DNA of 64,000 nt. Origin: Eledone cirrhosa. Its lineage: Eukaryota. Positions 1 to 11,266 of this stretch are shown here, in pieces. Numbering within the stretch: position 1 is the first letter of the stretch; every line of letters starts with the position of its first letter. The position numbers were made by a program, and so were the translations under genes. Below the pieces are notes generated by a model, which ran no database searches, was not told where the DNA came from, and was given only the letters and a program-made list of their open reading frames with translations. The stretch spans positions 8,308,001-8,372,000 of the forward strand of contig OZ024764.1 in the NCBI GenBank assembly GCA_964016885.1. Direction: 5' to 3'.

Positions 1-217
1 ATATTTAACGTAAGATATGGGAAAATAATTTTTAAAAAATCAAGACATAGATTTTATCCACAGATTTTGTGAATATATATATAATATATATATATATATT
101 TCGGAAAAAATGAAACGGAATTTCATTTCCCATACTTATATATATATTTCTATATATATAAACGGAAAAAATGAAATGAAATTTCATTTCCCACTCTTAG
201 TACGGCTGTTACTTAAA

Positions 218-291
218 TATAAGTATGTATACGTACATACATATATGTATACAGACGTACAGTAGTATGTATATATATATATGTGTGCATG

Positions 292-357
<66 letters not shown>

Positions 358-405
358 CTACTGTACGTCTGTATACATATATGTATGTACGTATACATAC
401 TTATA
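218..405. repeat. Inverted repeat (~60-bp arms) around a (TA)n core
   Basis: aagtatgtatacgtacatacatatatgtatacagacgtacagtagtatg (221-269) is mirrored at ~354-402. The ORFs on both strands start with the same peptide. Confidence 0.9.
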
Positions 406-528
406 TCTATATATTTATATATATATATATAAAGGTTTACATATACATAAAGTTATAGATATATATGCTGCAACTGGTCACTTTTTGGCTCTATGAAGAA
501 TTAACAAATTAAATAATCAGAGCAATAT

Positions 529-630
529 ATCATAAATCATGTCCTTAGAATTATTAGATAGAATATATACTAATTGGAAGAGGAAATGGTATATATTCTA
601 TCTAATAATTCTAAGGACATGATTTATGAT
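529..630. repeat. Perfect 42-bp inverted repeat with 18-nt spacer
   Basis: atcataaatcatgtccttagaattattagatagaatatatac (529-570) and its exact reverse complement (589-630). Confidence 0.92.
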
Positions 631-716
631 TTATATATATATATATATACAAGTGGAAGCTTAGTAAAATCCAAGCTTTGGCTGCGGGCAAGCAAAGTCG
701 ACCTACAATATATATA

Positions 717-919
717 TAACGAAGGAGGTGTGGTAAGGAACCAGATGGACCATAACGCACCAGAGTACTCAATACTTAGGGTAGTAGAGTGGGTAATAGG
801 AAAATGTTTGACCCCGATGGCAGAGCTCAAGCCGTTTCAACGGCTATTTCTAGACTAAATTCAGTTCAGAAATAGCCTTCGAAACGGCTTGAGCTCTGCC
901 GTCGGGATCACATATTTTC
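717..919 (-). mobile_element. Small Penelope-LTR-like element with a fold-back end and the 3' half of a hammerhead motif
   Basis: Homologous to 21098-21247 in the opposite orientation. 800-919 is an imperfect palindrome. It contains GAAA-CGGC-loop-GCCG-TC (881-903) and is flanked by (TA)n. Confidence 0.55.
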
Positions 920-1077
920 ATACATATATATATATATCATCATACATACATAGATATATATAAATATATCAAAAACACAGTCTTAGTTATGAAATGATAT
1001 AAATAATGTTTAGTTTTTCATGTTTCAATATATTACAGTACCCAAAGCCTTAGGGGTGAGGTTGGTAGCAACAACAG

Positions 1078-1545
1078 GGATATGGTTGTGTGGTTAAAGT
1101 CTTTGCCTCATAACCACAAGGTTCAGGGCTCAAACCCCCTCCCTGTACATGTTGGCTGTGTGGTTAAAGTGTTTGCTTCATAACCACAAGGCTCAGGGCT
1201 CAAGCCCCCTGTACATGTTGGTTGGTTAGTGGTGGCTGTGTGGTTAAAGTTTTTGCCTCATAACCACAAGGTTCAGGGCTCAAGCCCCCTGTACATGTTG
1301 GTTGGTTAGTGGTGGCTGTGTGGTTAAAGTTTTTGCCTCATAACCACAAGGTTCAGGGCTCAAGCCCCCTGTACATGTTGGTTGGTTGGTTAGTGGTGGC
1401 TGTGTGGTTAAAGTTTTTGCCTCATAACCACAAGGTTCAGGGCTCAAGCCCCCTGTACATGTTGGTTGGTTAGTGGCAAGATGTCTTCTATTATAGTCTC
1501 AAGTGAGAGGAATGTTGAAACAGAGACCCAGAAGAAGCCTGTCAT
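1078..1545 (+). mobile_element. tRNA-derived SINE whose head is tandemly amplified (~80-bp unit, 5 copies)
   Basis: The unit ggtggctgtgtggttaaag...ggttcagggctcaagcccc carries A/B-box-like motifs. The last unit runs into a SINE body (ggcaagatgtcttctattatagtc). Confidence 0.7.
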
Positions 1546-1685
1546 ATGATATTTTATACACCCAATTGATTCAGGAAGATGTTAGAAGGAATTACTACTA
1601 AAATTATTAATTATTTCATTACTAAGATACTAAGATAGTAACTTAACAGGTGGTTCTTATATAAAATTATGTTGGAAGATTTTAA

Positions 1686-1800
1686 TTTTACCCTTTAGCA
1701 TTATCCGGCCAGAATTCTCTCATCTCTTTCTGTTCAAACTGGTTGTAACCAGCTGCTCATACTGATGTTAAGGTATTGTTCTCAAAATAAATAATATAAA
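1686..1800. mobile_element. Terminus of a piggyBac-like MITE (single unamplified copy)
   Basis: ccctttagcatt terminus. It is the reverse complement of the 93-bp satellite monomer at 9321-10996. Confidence 0.6.
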
Positions 1801-2299
1801 AATCTCTTAGATTTGATATTATGTGAGATATAAAGTCATTACAATGAAAATATAAAAGTAAATATAGAGTAATGTAAATGCTAAATGTTTCAATTAAAAT
1901 GAAGAATTTTGAGAGATTTACTAAAATTGTTTATTATTTCATTATTAAGATAGTAACTTAACATGTGGTTCTTATATAAAATTATGTTGGAAGATTTTAA
2001 ATTAAATAGGAACACTGTATTTCAATTAATTAATGAAGAATTTTCAGAGATTTACTAAAACTATTAATATTGCAAGATACCAACTTGACATACAGTTCTT
2101 ATATAAAATTATGTTGGAAGGTTTTAATATAAATAGTGACACTGTATTTCAATTAATTAACAAAGAGTTGTTTATTAAAAAAGAGTTGATTAAAATTATT
2201 ATTTCATTACTAAGATAGTAACTTAACATGTGGTTCTTATATAAAATTATGTTGGAAGATTTTAATTTAAATAGAAACACTTTAAAACAGGTGGCTTTG

Positions 2300-2705
2300 T
2301 TTCATAGAACCAGAGATATATTTGGCCAGGTTGGTACCAAAAGGGTTAAATAGAAGCCCTTGAAATTGGGAGATTATGTTCCATAGAACCAGAGATAGTT
2401 TTGGCCAGGTTGGTACCAAAATGGTTAAATAGAAGCCCTTGAAATTGGGAGATTATGTTCCATAGAACCAGAGATAGTTTTGGCCAGGTTGGTACCAAAA
2501 GGGTTAAATAGAAGCCCTTGAAATTGGGAGATTATGTTCCATAGAACCAGAGATATATTTAGCCAGGTTGGTACCAAAAGGGTTAAATAGAAGCCCTTGA
2601 AATTGGGAGATTATGTTCCATAGAACCAGAGATAGTTTTGGCCAGGTTGGTACCAAAAGTATTAAATAAGAACCCTATAAAACAGGTGGCTTTGTTTCAT
2701 AGAAG
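2300..2705. repeat. 79-bp minisatellite (~5 copies) containing a MITE-like terminus (aaagggttaa)
   Basis: catagaaccagagat recurs at 2382, 2461, 2540 and 2619. Confidence 0.88.
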
Positions 2706-2762
2706 CAAAGCTGGTTTAAGGGCCCGGTTTGAGTTTTAGTTTGGGTGGGAGTATGGAAAGTG

Positions 2763-5468
2763 TTAAATATCTGCAGGTGGGACAGTTAGCAGCCCTGTAG
2801 ATTTCAGCACATCAATGCCATGATGGAGGGCGCACACACGAGGGCAACCGAGGGCCACAAGAGAATTAGCAAAATCCGACATGGTCTTGACAAGGGTTCC
2901 TATTACTACCTTGACCTGAAGTCGGTGGTTGGTGAGGATTTGGGCCATCTGTGTTGAGGTGAGGGTCCCGTCAGCATTGAAGGCGTTCTGGAAGGGAATG
3001 TTAATACTGCCAGGAATGGTGCCTCGTTTGAAATCTTCTGAGGATCTTATATCTATGACCAACAACTTGGGTTTCGCAGTCGAGCTCCTCATGTCAGCAG
3101 CCGTCCTCAGTTCCCCGAGGTCAATCAAATCTTCGGCCGATATCCTTGGACATTTCTCCACCTTCAGTTCCTCGATGGGAATGTTGTCTTTGGTGAGGTC
3201 GTGGTTGGCTACAGAGGTGGTCAGCTGGTGGCTGTATTCTTTGGGGAAGTAAGATGCGGTGGTTGTTGTTGTCGCTGTTGTCCGTGAGTGAGACCACGTT
3301 GCTTTCTTCGAGACGTGGGCATGCTGGCGAAATGTGGCACTCTTTGGCGTGCTGCAGAAGATCTTGATGGAGTCCTGGACGCATTTTTCGATGTCAATTT
3401 CAGGCATGTCGGAGAAGAGGAGGATACAATCATTGAAGCCGTATGCTAGCAATCCGTCTCGGAGCTGGTGGAGAATAGCAACACCAATGCACAGCGGAAA
3501 CGATGAGTTTCCGAGCAACAGGGTGTCCCAGAGGTGGACGATCTTGTGCAGCGGGAATACATGGGCATACATTGTTAGGAACCAAGGAATGGCGTACAGG
3601 TCTGGAATGAAGCCGATGGTGTCAAGGTGGTTACTCAATTCTGGGTCATGATAGGCAATCAAGTGAGAAAAAACAGCTAGATATTCCTGAATAACAGGTG
3701 AATTGTCTTTCAGGAAGAACTTGTTCAGGTATTTCGGTATGAAAGCATCAAGACAGGCAAACGCAAGGGCTTCGTTATTGAAATTCAGGGCCAGGAATGG
3801 AGCACACAGAGAATCAAGACCTTGCCAGTACACATACTCTGAATGACTGATTATCCAGGCTTTTAGAATCCTTTTGAATTTTCTATGGGCTTCAGGTGAT
3901 GAGAGGAGTTCATGGTACTGGTGACAGCGGGGTATGTCCACTTCTATCTGTCGGTCAGTCGGTGTAGGGGTCTCCTTATCAATGGAATCATAGCGGGCTT
4001 GGATGTCTCCTTCCACCTCAAGTAGGGCTGACCAGACCTGGGCACGGTACAGTGGTGGTGTGTCGACTCTGGCTTCTCTCCAGATGTGGGCCTTCTTAAA
4101 CGGGTAGCCCTTCAGCAGGCGTTCATATAGAATGATGCGGTGGAACTGGTACTCCACGTCTTTCTCTCGAATGATGAGGGGCAGCGTGGCTGCCTGAGAC
4201 AGGTCTCCACTGCTTGGAGATGTCGGCAGACCCCTCAACATTTCTTTCTCGTCCTCCAACAGCGGGTAGTAGCAAGCATCTCCAACAGCCCTCAGTCTGT
4301 CTCTAAGCTGTTCCTGGGACAACATAATTATCGTGTTGTCCAAGAGTTCGGATTGGTCGCGTTTTTGACCAAACCATTCGCCGGTGTTTAAGATAAAGCA
4401 CGGCAAGAGTGTAACCGGTGGCCGCGATTTAATTAAGCCGGCGCGCTTAAGGACAGACTCAAGGTCTCCCCCAGCCAGTCTCCACAGGTAATAAACCTCC
4501 TCCATCGTGCGTTGAGAGAGTTTGTCGGTTTTCTTCATCAGTGCTATTTGGACCTCAGTGGGGAGCTCCAAATGCCGTAGGTCGACTTTACTGCTGAAGA
4601 ACTGGATGCCGTTCATGTACGGAACCTCCGGTGGCACTTTCACGGCAAATGCTTCATGCTGGAGCAATTCCAAGGGGGACAAGCGGTCTTTGGGATTCAG
4701 CGTTAGACATTTGCGTAATATGTCGAGCATCGCTGGGGAAATTTCCTTCGTGACGTCTTCTAGCTTGTTGTCCTTCAAAATGATGTCGAAGGGTTCATAT
4801 TTCGAGGTGACGAAGGCGAGGATTTTGTTGATGGTTTGCTGCAGGGACAACGAAGGCCACAACTGGCACCCAGCTAACGCCTCCAGCAGGACGAGACCCA
4901 GGGACCAAACATCGATCTTCGGTCCTAGATTCGGTTGTACGATAGCATTGCTGTATTCATCAACCACCACAGGGCCTGCACAGATCACCTCCGGTGCCAT
5001 GTAACGGACCAGACCAATGGGGTAGGCCACGTTCTGCCCAGATTCAGTCATATAACTCATACCATATTTAGAAATCTTTACATTTCCTTCGTTATCAAAT
5101 AAAACAGTGTCAGGGCTTAAGTTCTTAATGATGATATTCTTCTTACTCAGATAATCAAGGCCTTGGGCAATATCGTAGGCCATATTCAACAGGTCCTCTT
5201 CGCTAGTGGGGACTTGGTCCTTAATCCGTTGCCTCAGATTCTGCTTGTAATGCTCGGCCACGACAATCAACCGCTCCTGTTTCCCACGCGATATGTGTAT
5301 ATACTTGCAGAGGCTGGGATGCTCCAAGGTGATCAGATACTGGAATTTACCCAATATCTTGATGGAGTTCGGAGTCAGAGGTAAACCATTTGCCCCGCAT
5401 TTGTCGTTCGGGTGACATGAGGCAAAAAACGTTGTCACACTAAACTCGGCTTCCCCCACCGCCGACAT
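2763..5468 (-). CDS. TBCK: TBC domain-containing protein kinase-like protein (pseudokinase + Rab-GAP TBC + rhodanese-like), 901 aa, single coding exon
   Basis: N-terminal CGANGLPLTPNSIKILG. Degenerate kinase motifs (IKNLSPD in place of HRDLKPE, KYG in place of DFG, APE kept). TBC fingers IEVDIPR and YWQG. C-terminal VIDIRSSEDFKRGTIPGSINIP rhodanese fold. Uninterrupted ORF. Confidence 0.96.
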   Translation of the reverse strand: MSAVGEAEFSVTTFFASCHPNDKCGANGLPLTPNSIKILGKFQYLITLEHPSLCKYIHISRGKQERLIVVAEHYKQNLRQRIKDQVPTSEEDLLNMAYDIAQGLDYLSKKNIIIKNLSPDTVLFDNEGNVKISKYGMSYMTESGQNVAYPIGLVRYMAPEVICAGPVVVDEYSNAIVQPNLGPKIDVWSLGLVLLEALAGCQLWPSLSLQQTINKILAFVTSKYEPFDIILKDNKLEDVTKEISPAMLDILRKCLTLNPKDRLSPLELLQHEAFAVKVPPEVPYMNGIQFFSSKVDLRHLELPTEVQIALMKKTDKLSQRTMEEVYYLWRLAGGDLESVLKRAGLIKSRPPVTLLPCFILNTGEWFGQKRDQSELLDNTIIMLSQEQLRDRLRAVGDACYYPLLEDEKEMLRGLPTSPSSGDLSQAATLPLIIREKDVEYQFHRIILYERLLKGYPFKKAHIWREARVDTPPLYRAQVWSALLEVEGDIQARYDSIDKETPTPTDRQIEVDIPRCHQYHELLSSPEAHRKFKRILKAWIISHSEYVYWQGLDSLCAPFLALNFNNEALAFACLDAFIPKYLNKFFLKDNSPVIQEYLAVFSHLIAYHDPELSNHLDTIGFIPDLYAIPWFLTMYAHVFPLHKIVHLWDTLLLGNSSFPLCIGVAILHQLRDGLLAYGFNDCILLFSDMPEIDIEKCVQDSIKIFCSTPKSATFRQHAHVSKKATWSHSRTTATTTTTASYFPKEYSHQLTTSVANHDLTKDNIPIEELKVEKCPRISAEDLIDLGELRTAADMRSSTAKPKLLVIDIRSSEDFKRGTIPGSINIPFQNAFNADGTLTSTQMAQILTNHRLQVKVVIGTLVKTMSDFANSLVALGCPRVCALHHGIDVLKSTGLLTVPPADI

Positions 5469-5568
5469 CGTTTCAGTTATAAATAAATAAATATATTATC
5501 AATATACATACATATATCTTTTTTACATATATTTTGGTAGCTTATAACCTCTCCAAGTTTCTTCAATG

Positions 5569-5569
<1 letters not shown>

Positions 5570-5604
<35 letters not shown>

Positions 5605-5655
5605 CGTGTGTATATATATATATATATATATATATGTGGATTATATATAGGTTAG

Positions 5656-5688
<33 letters not shown>

Positions 5689-5772
5689 ATATATATGTGG
5701 ATTATATATAGGTTAGTAGTGTGTGTGTGTATATATATATATGTGGATTATATATAGGTTAGTATATATATC

Positions 5773-5803
<31 letters not shown>

Positions 5804-5830
5804 ATATATATGTGGATTATATATAGGTTA

Positions 5831-5886
<56 letters not shown>

Positions 5887-6068
5887 ATATATGTGGATTA
5901 TATATAGGTTAGTATATATATATATATATGTGTGTGTGTGTGCGTGTGTGTATATATATATATATATATATGTGGATTATATATAGGTTAGTATATATAT
6001 ATATATATGTGTGTGTGTGTGCGTGTGTGTATATATATATATATATATGTGGATTATATATAGGTTAG

Positions 6069-6123
<55 letters not shown>

Positions 6124-6145
6124 GTGTGGATTATATATAGGTTAG

Positions 6146-6212
<67 letters not shown>

Positions 6213-6265
6213 GGATTATATATAGGTTAGTATATATATATATATATATGTGTGTATGTGTGTGT
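5570..6265. repeat. Compound minisatellite: ggattatatataggttag + (TA)n/(TG)n
   Basis: About 10 copies of the unique core separated by variable dinucleotide runs. Confidence 0.88.
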
Positions 6266-6339
6266 TCTTTGAGTACAGGTAAAAAGATATTACAGTTCAG
6301 TTCAGTTCAGAGATGAAAATAACACAAATTAGAAGTTTG

Positions 6340-6725
6340 TTATGTGACCGAGGGGAGATACTGACAGAAACAAACGGGCCATAAAACCCCAGTAAATTCG
6401 AATCATATATATATATATATATATATATATAATGTCGAAGTCCACCTGGTTGCGGCGGGGCTGATAACGTTGTTAGAACTCAATGTATTTTAGAAAGGAT
6501 AGTTATGGTGAGAGTCGGCAGTGTGACCAGTAGTTCTGGTGGGAGGTGGTCACGGCCTAGGGTTTCCTCGAGAAAAGAAAACAAAAAATCCGGGTGACAG
6601 GGTCATTTACCATTGCTGGTCGATACATCGATCGCCAACCGTTCGATCGACCCGCTGAAACGATCGTAAAACAATGACCTAACTCTCTACCAACACTTGA
6701 CTTGACTTGACTTGACTTGACTTCT
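6340..6725 (-). promoter_or_regulatory. CpG-rich putative TBCK promoter / 5'-UTR with candidate UTR intron
   Basis: Locally CpG-rich with several tcgatcg palindromes. Minus-strand donor G|GTAAAT at 6610 and pyrimidine-rich acceptor tttgtttctgtcag| at 6361. Confidence 0.4.
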
Positions 6726-6746
6726 GTTTTTATTGTTCAACACACA

Positions 6747-6789
<43 letters not shown>

Positions 6790-6847
6790 CTTCTACCTGT
6801 TTGTTGTTAGAATTCCATGTGGCCTTGAAGTGATGGCGTCAGCGAGA

Positions 6848-6908
6848 TTAATCGTTAAGTGCTAAAGTTTGTAGTAGGTGCTCAGCGCCTAAGGTTTCCT
6901 CGAATCCG
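6848..6908 (-). CDS. Unknown gene, last coding exon (GFEETLGAEHLLQTLALND*)
   Basis: Acceptor catttcag|. Phase 2 matches the exon at 13552-13615. Repeats the ExLGxEHL motif of exon 3. Confidence 0.65.
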
Positions 6909-6922
6909 CTGAAATGACAGTC

Positions 6923-6960
<38 letters not shown>

Positions 6961-7161
6961 ATGTATATATATATATATATATATAAGTATGTGTGTGTGT
7001 GTGTATTTATGTGTATATATATCTACGTGTGTGTGTGTATTATTTTCTTTGGTGTAAACAGGTAAAAACAACAGGTAAATCCGTTCTTCGAAGACGAAAG
7101 CTCCACAATAAATTATATTCCGGCACCAAAGAAACTCCAGAAATATCACAGAATATCTATC

Positions 7162-7224
<63 letters not shown>

Positions 7225-7396
7225 ATATATATATGTATATAAATAGCTAAATATATCTCACAGTTTAGCTAATGTCTAAATAGTATGTCTTCTAAACAAA
7301 CAAACAAACAATAGATTACTGTGTTGCTCTCCTTGGTGAAACTCTATCCGTGGTTGGTAGCTCCGATATACGGACATATATATATATATATCTTTG

Positions 7397-7433
<37 letters not shown>

Positions 7434-7762
7434 ATAAATATATGTATATATATATCTTTGTATATATATATATATATATGTATATGTGTGTGTGTATAAA
7501 TATATGTGAAAATACAGGAACAAAATAACTAAAAATTTCACAGTCCAGCCATTATTTAAAGATCTTCTCAAAGAGACATTTCAGGCTGACATTGGACGGT
7601 TATTATTCCATTAACTGGAGAAGATAGACTGCAGACGAAATACACGAACTCCATGTTTTCGACAACAGATTTGACGCCCTCCGGAAGTTACAATTCGATT
7701 ATCTCCCCCTTGATGATCCAAGCGAGTTTGTCAGCCTTACCTCACCTTGAAATTAGTCAAGA

Positions 7763-8752
7763 TGGTGTGGTGTGGTGTGGTGTGGTGTGGCATGGTGTAG
7801 TATGGTATGGTGTGGCGTGGTGTAGTATGGTATGGTATGGTATGGTGTAGTGTGGTGTAGTATGGTATGGTGTAGTGTGGTGTAGTATGGTATGGTGTAG
7901 TATGGTATGGTGTGGTGTGGTGTGGTGTGGTGTGGCATGGTGTAGTATGGTATGGTGTGGTGTGGTGTAGTATGGTATGGTATGGTATGGTGTAGTGTGG
8001 TGTAGTATGGTATGGTGTAGTATGGTATGGTGTGGTGTGGTGTGGTGTGGTGTGGCATGGTGTAGTATGGTATGGTGTGGTGTGGTGTAGTATGGTATGG
8101 TATGGTATGGTGTAGTGTGGTGTAGTATGGTATGGTGTAGTACGGTATGGTGTGGTGTGGTATGGCATGGTGTAGTATGGTGTGGTGTGGTGTAGTGTGG
8201 TATGGTATGGTATGGTGTAGTATGGTATGGTGTGGTATAGTATGGTGTGGTATGGTGTGGTGTAGTATGGTATGGTGTGGTGTAGTATGGTATGGTGTAG
8301 TATGGTATGGTGTGGTGTAGTATGGTGTGGTGTGGTGTAGTATGGTATGGTGTGGTGTGGTATGGTGTAGTGTGGTGTGGTGTATGTATGTATGGTGCGG
8401 TGTGGTAGGGTGGTGTGGTGTAGTATGGTATGGTGTGGTGTTGTGTAGTGTGATATGGTATGCTGTGGTGTGGTGTTGTATGGTATGGTATGGTACGGTG
8501 TGATGTGGTATGGTGTGGTGTGGTGTAGTATGGTGTGGTGTGGTGTAGTATGGTGTGGTGTAGTACGGTATGGTATGGTGTGGTATTGTATGGTGTGGCG
8601 TGGTGTGGTATGGCGTTGGATGGTGTAGTTTAGTATGGTGTGGTGTGGTGCGGTATGGTATGGTGTGGTGTGGTATGATGTTGTATGGGATGGTGTGGTG
8701 TAGTGTAGTGTGGTGTAGTGTAGTGTAGTATGGTATGGTATGGTATGGTATG
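7763..8752. repeat. Pentanucleotide satellite (GGTGT/GGTAT/AGTAT)n
   Basis: Direct reading. It explains the His/Thr/Pro/Tyr ORFs. Confidence 0.95.
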
Positions 8753-9026
8753 AACCTGTAGCTCCTGATTTCTTCCTGAGTGGTATTGACCATGAATGGA
8801 TGAAAAGCAAAGTTAACCTCGGCGAGATTTGAACTTAGAGAGCTGGAATGAATACTACAAGGCATTCTATCCAATGTTCTAACGACTTAGCTAATTCACT
8901 GCCTCATCAAGATGGATGCAAGCCTAAATAAAAAAGAATCTGTGTGCTGCAATGGTCAAGTGAGGACTCTTGAGCTCAATCTTTGTCAATGCCTTACCAC
9001 TGCCTCAAGAAGAAGGAACATCTATG

Positions 9027-9318
9027 ACAGCCATGCGCAACCTGTGGCCTGCGAGGCTTTCTGAATGGCTCCCCTAAGTCACCCAAGTGAAATCTTTCTG
9101 ATATTTTTACCCCAACTTTTCAGTCGTAATTTATCTTTCTGTCATTTTTACGATCGAGGAAAACAACATGTAGCAATTCTGAAGAAACAAATCAAAACAA
9201 CCTGAGTTACCACTCTTTCTTTTAATGTGGGCACGAATGTAAATTAACTTTTGCGACTCACCTGATGATCAGCCATATCTCATGTGACTCACTTCTCAAA
9301 AAAGGTTGCCCATGCCTC
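9027..9318. mobile_element. hAT-like MITE (partial second copy at ~11280-11372)
   Basis: Imperfect TIRs cagccatgcgcaacct / aggttgcccatgcct. The internal sequence is shared with 11280-11372. Confidence 0.55.
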
Positions 9319-9320
9319 TA

Positions 9321-10996
9321 CTAAAGTGTTAACATCAGTATGACCGGCCAGTTATGGCTGGTTTGAACAGAAAGAGATGATAGAATTCTAGCCAGATATG
9401 GTCGGTTTAAATGCTAAAGGGTTAACATCAGTATGAGAGGCCAGTTACAGCTGGTTTGAACAGAAAGAGGTGAGAGAATTCTGGCCAGATATGGCCGGTT
9501 TAAATGCTAAAGGGTTAACATCAGTATGAGAGGCCAGTTACAGCTGGTTTGAACAGAAAGAGGTGAGAGAATTCTGGCCAGATATGGCCGGTTTAAATGC
9601 TAAAGGGTTAACATCAGTATGAGAGGCCAGTTACAGCTGGTTTGAACAGAAAGAGGTGAGAGAATTCTGGCCAGATATGGTCGGTTTAAATGCTAAAGGG
9701 TTAACATCAGTATGAGCGGCCAGTTATGGCTGGTTTGAACAGAAAGAGGCGAGAGAATTGTAGCCAGATATGGCCGGTTTAAATGCTAAAGGGTTAACAT
9801 CAGTATGAGCGGCCAGTTATGGCTGGTTTGAACAGAAAGAGGTGAGAGAATTCTAGCCAGATATGGTCGGTTTAAATACTAAAGGGTTAACATCAGTATG
9901 AGCGGCCAGTTATGGCTGGTTTGAACAGAAAGAGATGATAGAATTCTAGCCAGATATGGTCGGTTTAAATGCTAAAGTGTTAACATCAGTATGAGTGGCC
10001 AGTTATGGCTGGTTTGAACAGAAAGAGATGATAGAATTCTAGCCAGATATGGTCGGTTTAAATGCTAAAGTGTTAACATCAGTATGAGTGGCCAGTTATG
10101 GCTGGTTTGAACAGAAAGAGATGATAGAATTCTAGCCAGATATGGCCGGTTTAAATGCTAAAGGGTTAACATCAGTATGAGAGGCCAGTTATGGCTGGTT
10201 TGAACAGAAAGAGGTGAGAGAATTCTAGCTGGATATGGTCGGTTTAAATGCTAAAGGGTTAACATCAGTATGAGCGGCCAGTTATGGCTGGTTTGAACAG
10301 AAAGAGGTGAGAGAATTCTGGCCAGATATGGCCGGTTTAAATGCTAAAGGGTTAACATCAGTATGAGCGGCCAGTTATGGCTGGTTTGAACAGAAAGAGG
10401 TGAGAGAATTCTGGCCAGATATGGCCGGTTTAAATGCTAAAGGGTTAACATCAGTATGAGAGGCCAGTTACAGCTGGTTTGAACAGAAAGAGGTGAGAGA
10501 ATTCTGGCCAGATATGGCCGGTTTAAATACTAAAGGGTTAACATCAGTATGAGAGGCCAGTTACAGCTGGTTTGAACAGAAAGAGGTGAGAGAATTCTGG
10601 CCAGATATGGCCGGTTTAAATGCTAAAGTGTTAACATCAGTATGAGAGGCCAGTTACAGCTGGTTTGAACAGAAAGAGGTGAGAGAATTCTGGCCAGATA
10701 TGGCCGGTTTAAATGCTAAAGGGTTAACATCAGTATGAGAGGCCAGTTATGGCTGGTTTGAACAGAAAGAGGTGAGAGAATTCTAGCCGGATATGGCCGG
10801 TTTAAATGCTAAAGGGTTGACATCAGCATGAGTAACCAGTTATGGCTGGTTTGAAAAGAAAGAGGTGAGAGAATTCTGGCCAGATATGGCCGGTTTAAAT
10901 GCTAAAGAGTTAACATCAGTATGAGCGGCCAGTTATGGCTGGTTTGAACAGAAAGAGGTGAGAGTATTCTGGCCGGTTTAAATGCTAAAGGGTTAA
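9321..10996. repeat. 93-bp satellite (~18 copies) made of a piggyBac-like MITE terminus
   Basis: The unit ttaacatcagtatg...tttaaatgctaaaggg is bounded by TTAA. Monomer homologues occur at 1686-1775 and ~53075-53140. Confidence 0.92.
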
Positions 10997-11077
10997 TGTT
11001 TTGCTTGAAGTAAATTATTATTCTATAATTTGTATATACTAATAAAAAGATCAAATGTCGGGCAAGTGTGATTACAT

Positions 11078-11266
11078 AATTGTTTCTACTTTAGGCACAA
11101 GGCCAGCAATTACCCAGTGCATTACTGGTACTTTATTTTATCGACCCCGTAAGGATGAAAGGCAAAGTCAACCTCGGCGGGATTTGAACTCAGATCATAA
11201 AGGGAAGTAACTATGCTGGAAAGCATGGCGTCCGACCCTCCACCGATACTGCCAATCCACCGCCCA
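11078..11266 (-). mobile_element. tRNA-derived SINE family B (other copies at ~8755-8905, 21010-21098, 31568-31725, 31842-32035, 32065-32255, 36505-36630)
   Basis: Shared ttgtttctactttaggcacaaggccagc...aacctcggcgggatttgaactcag. The B-box gagttcaaatc lies on the minus strand. Confidence 0.8.

Noticed and set aside
7540-7765. Possible + strand exon spliced to 11378-11460
   Set aside because: The joined peptide is short. Both pieces look more like decayed LINE sequence (NRFDAL motif; DLRSAM plus a (GAT)n tail, with a paralogue at 8905-9010).
7737-8874. His/Thr/Pro/Tyr-rich ORFs
   Set aside because: Translation of a pentanucleotide satellite.
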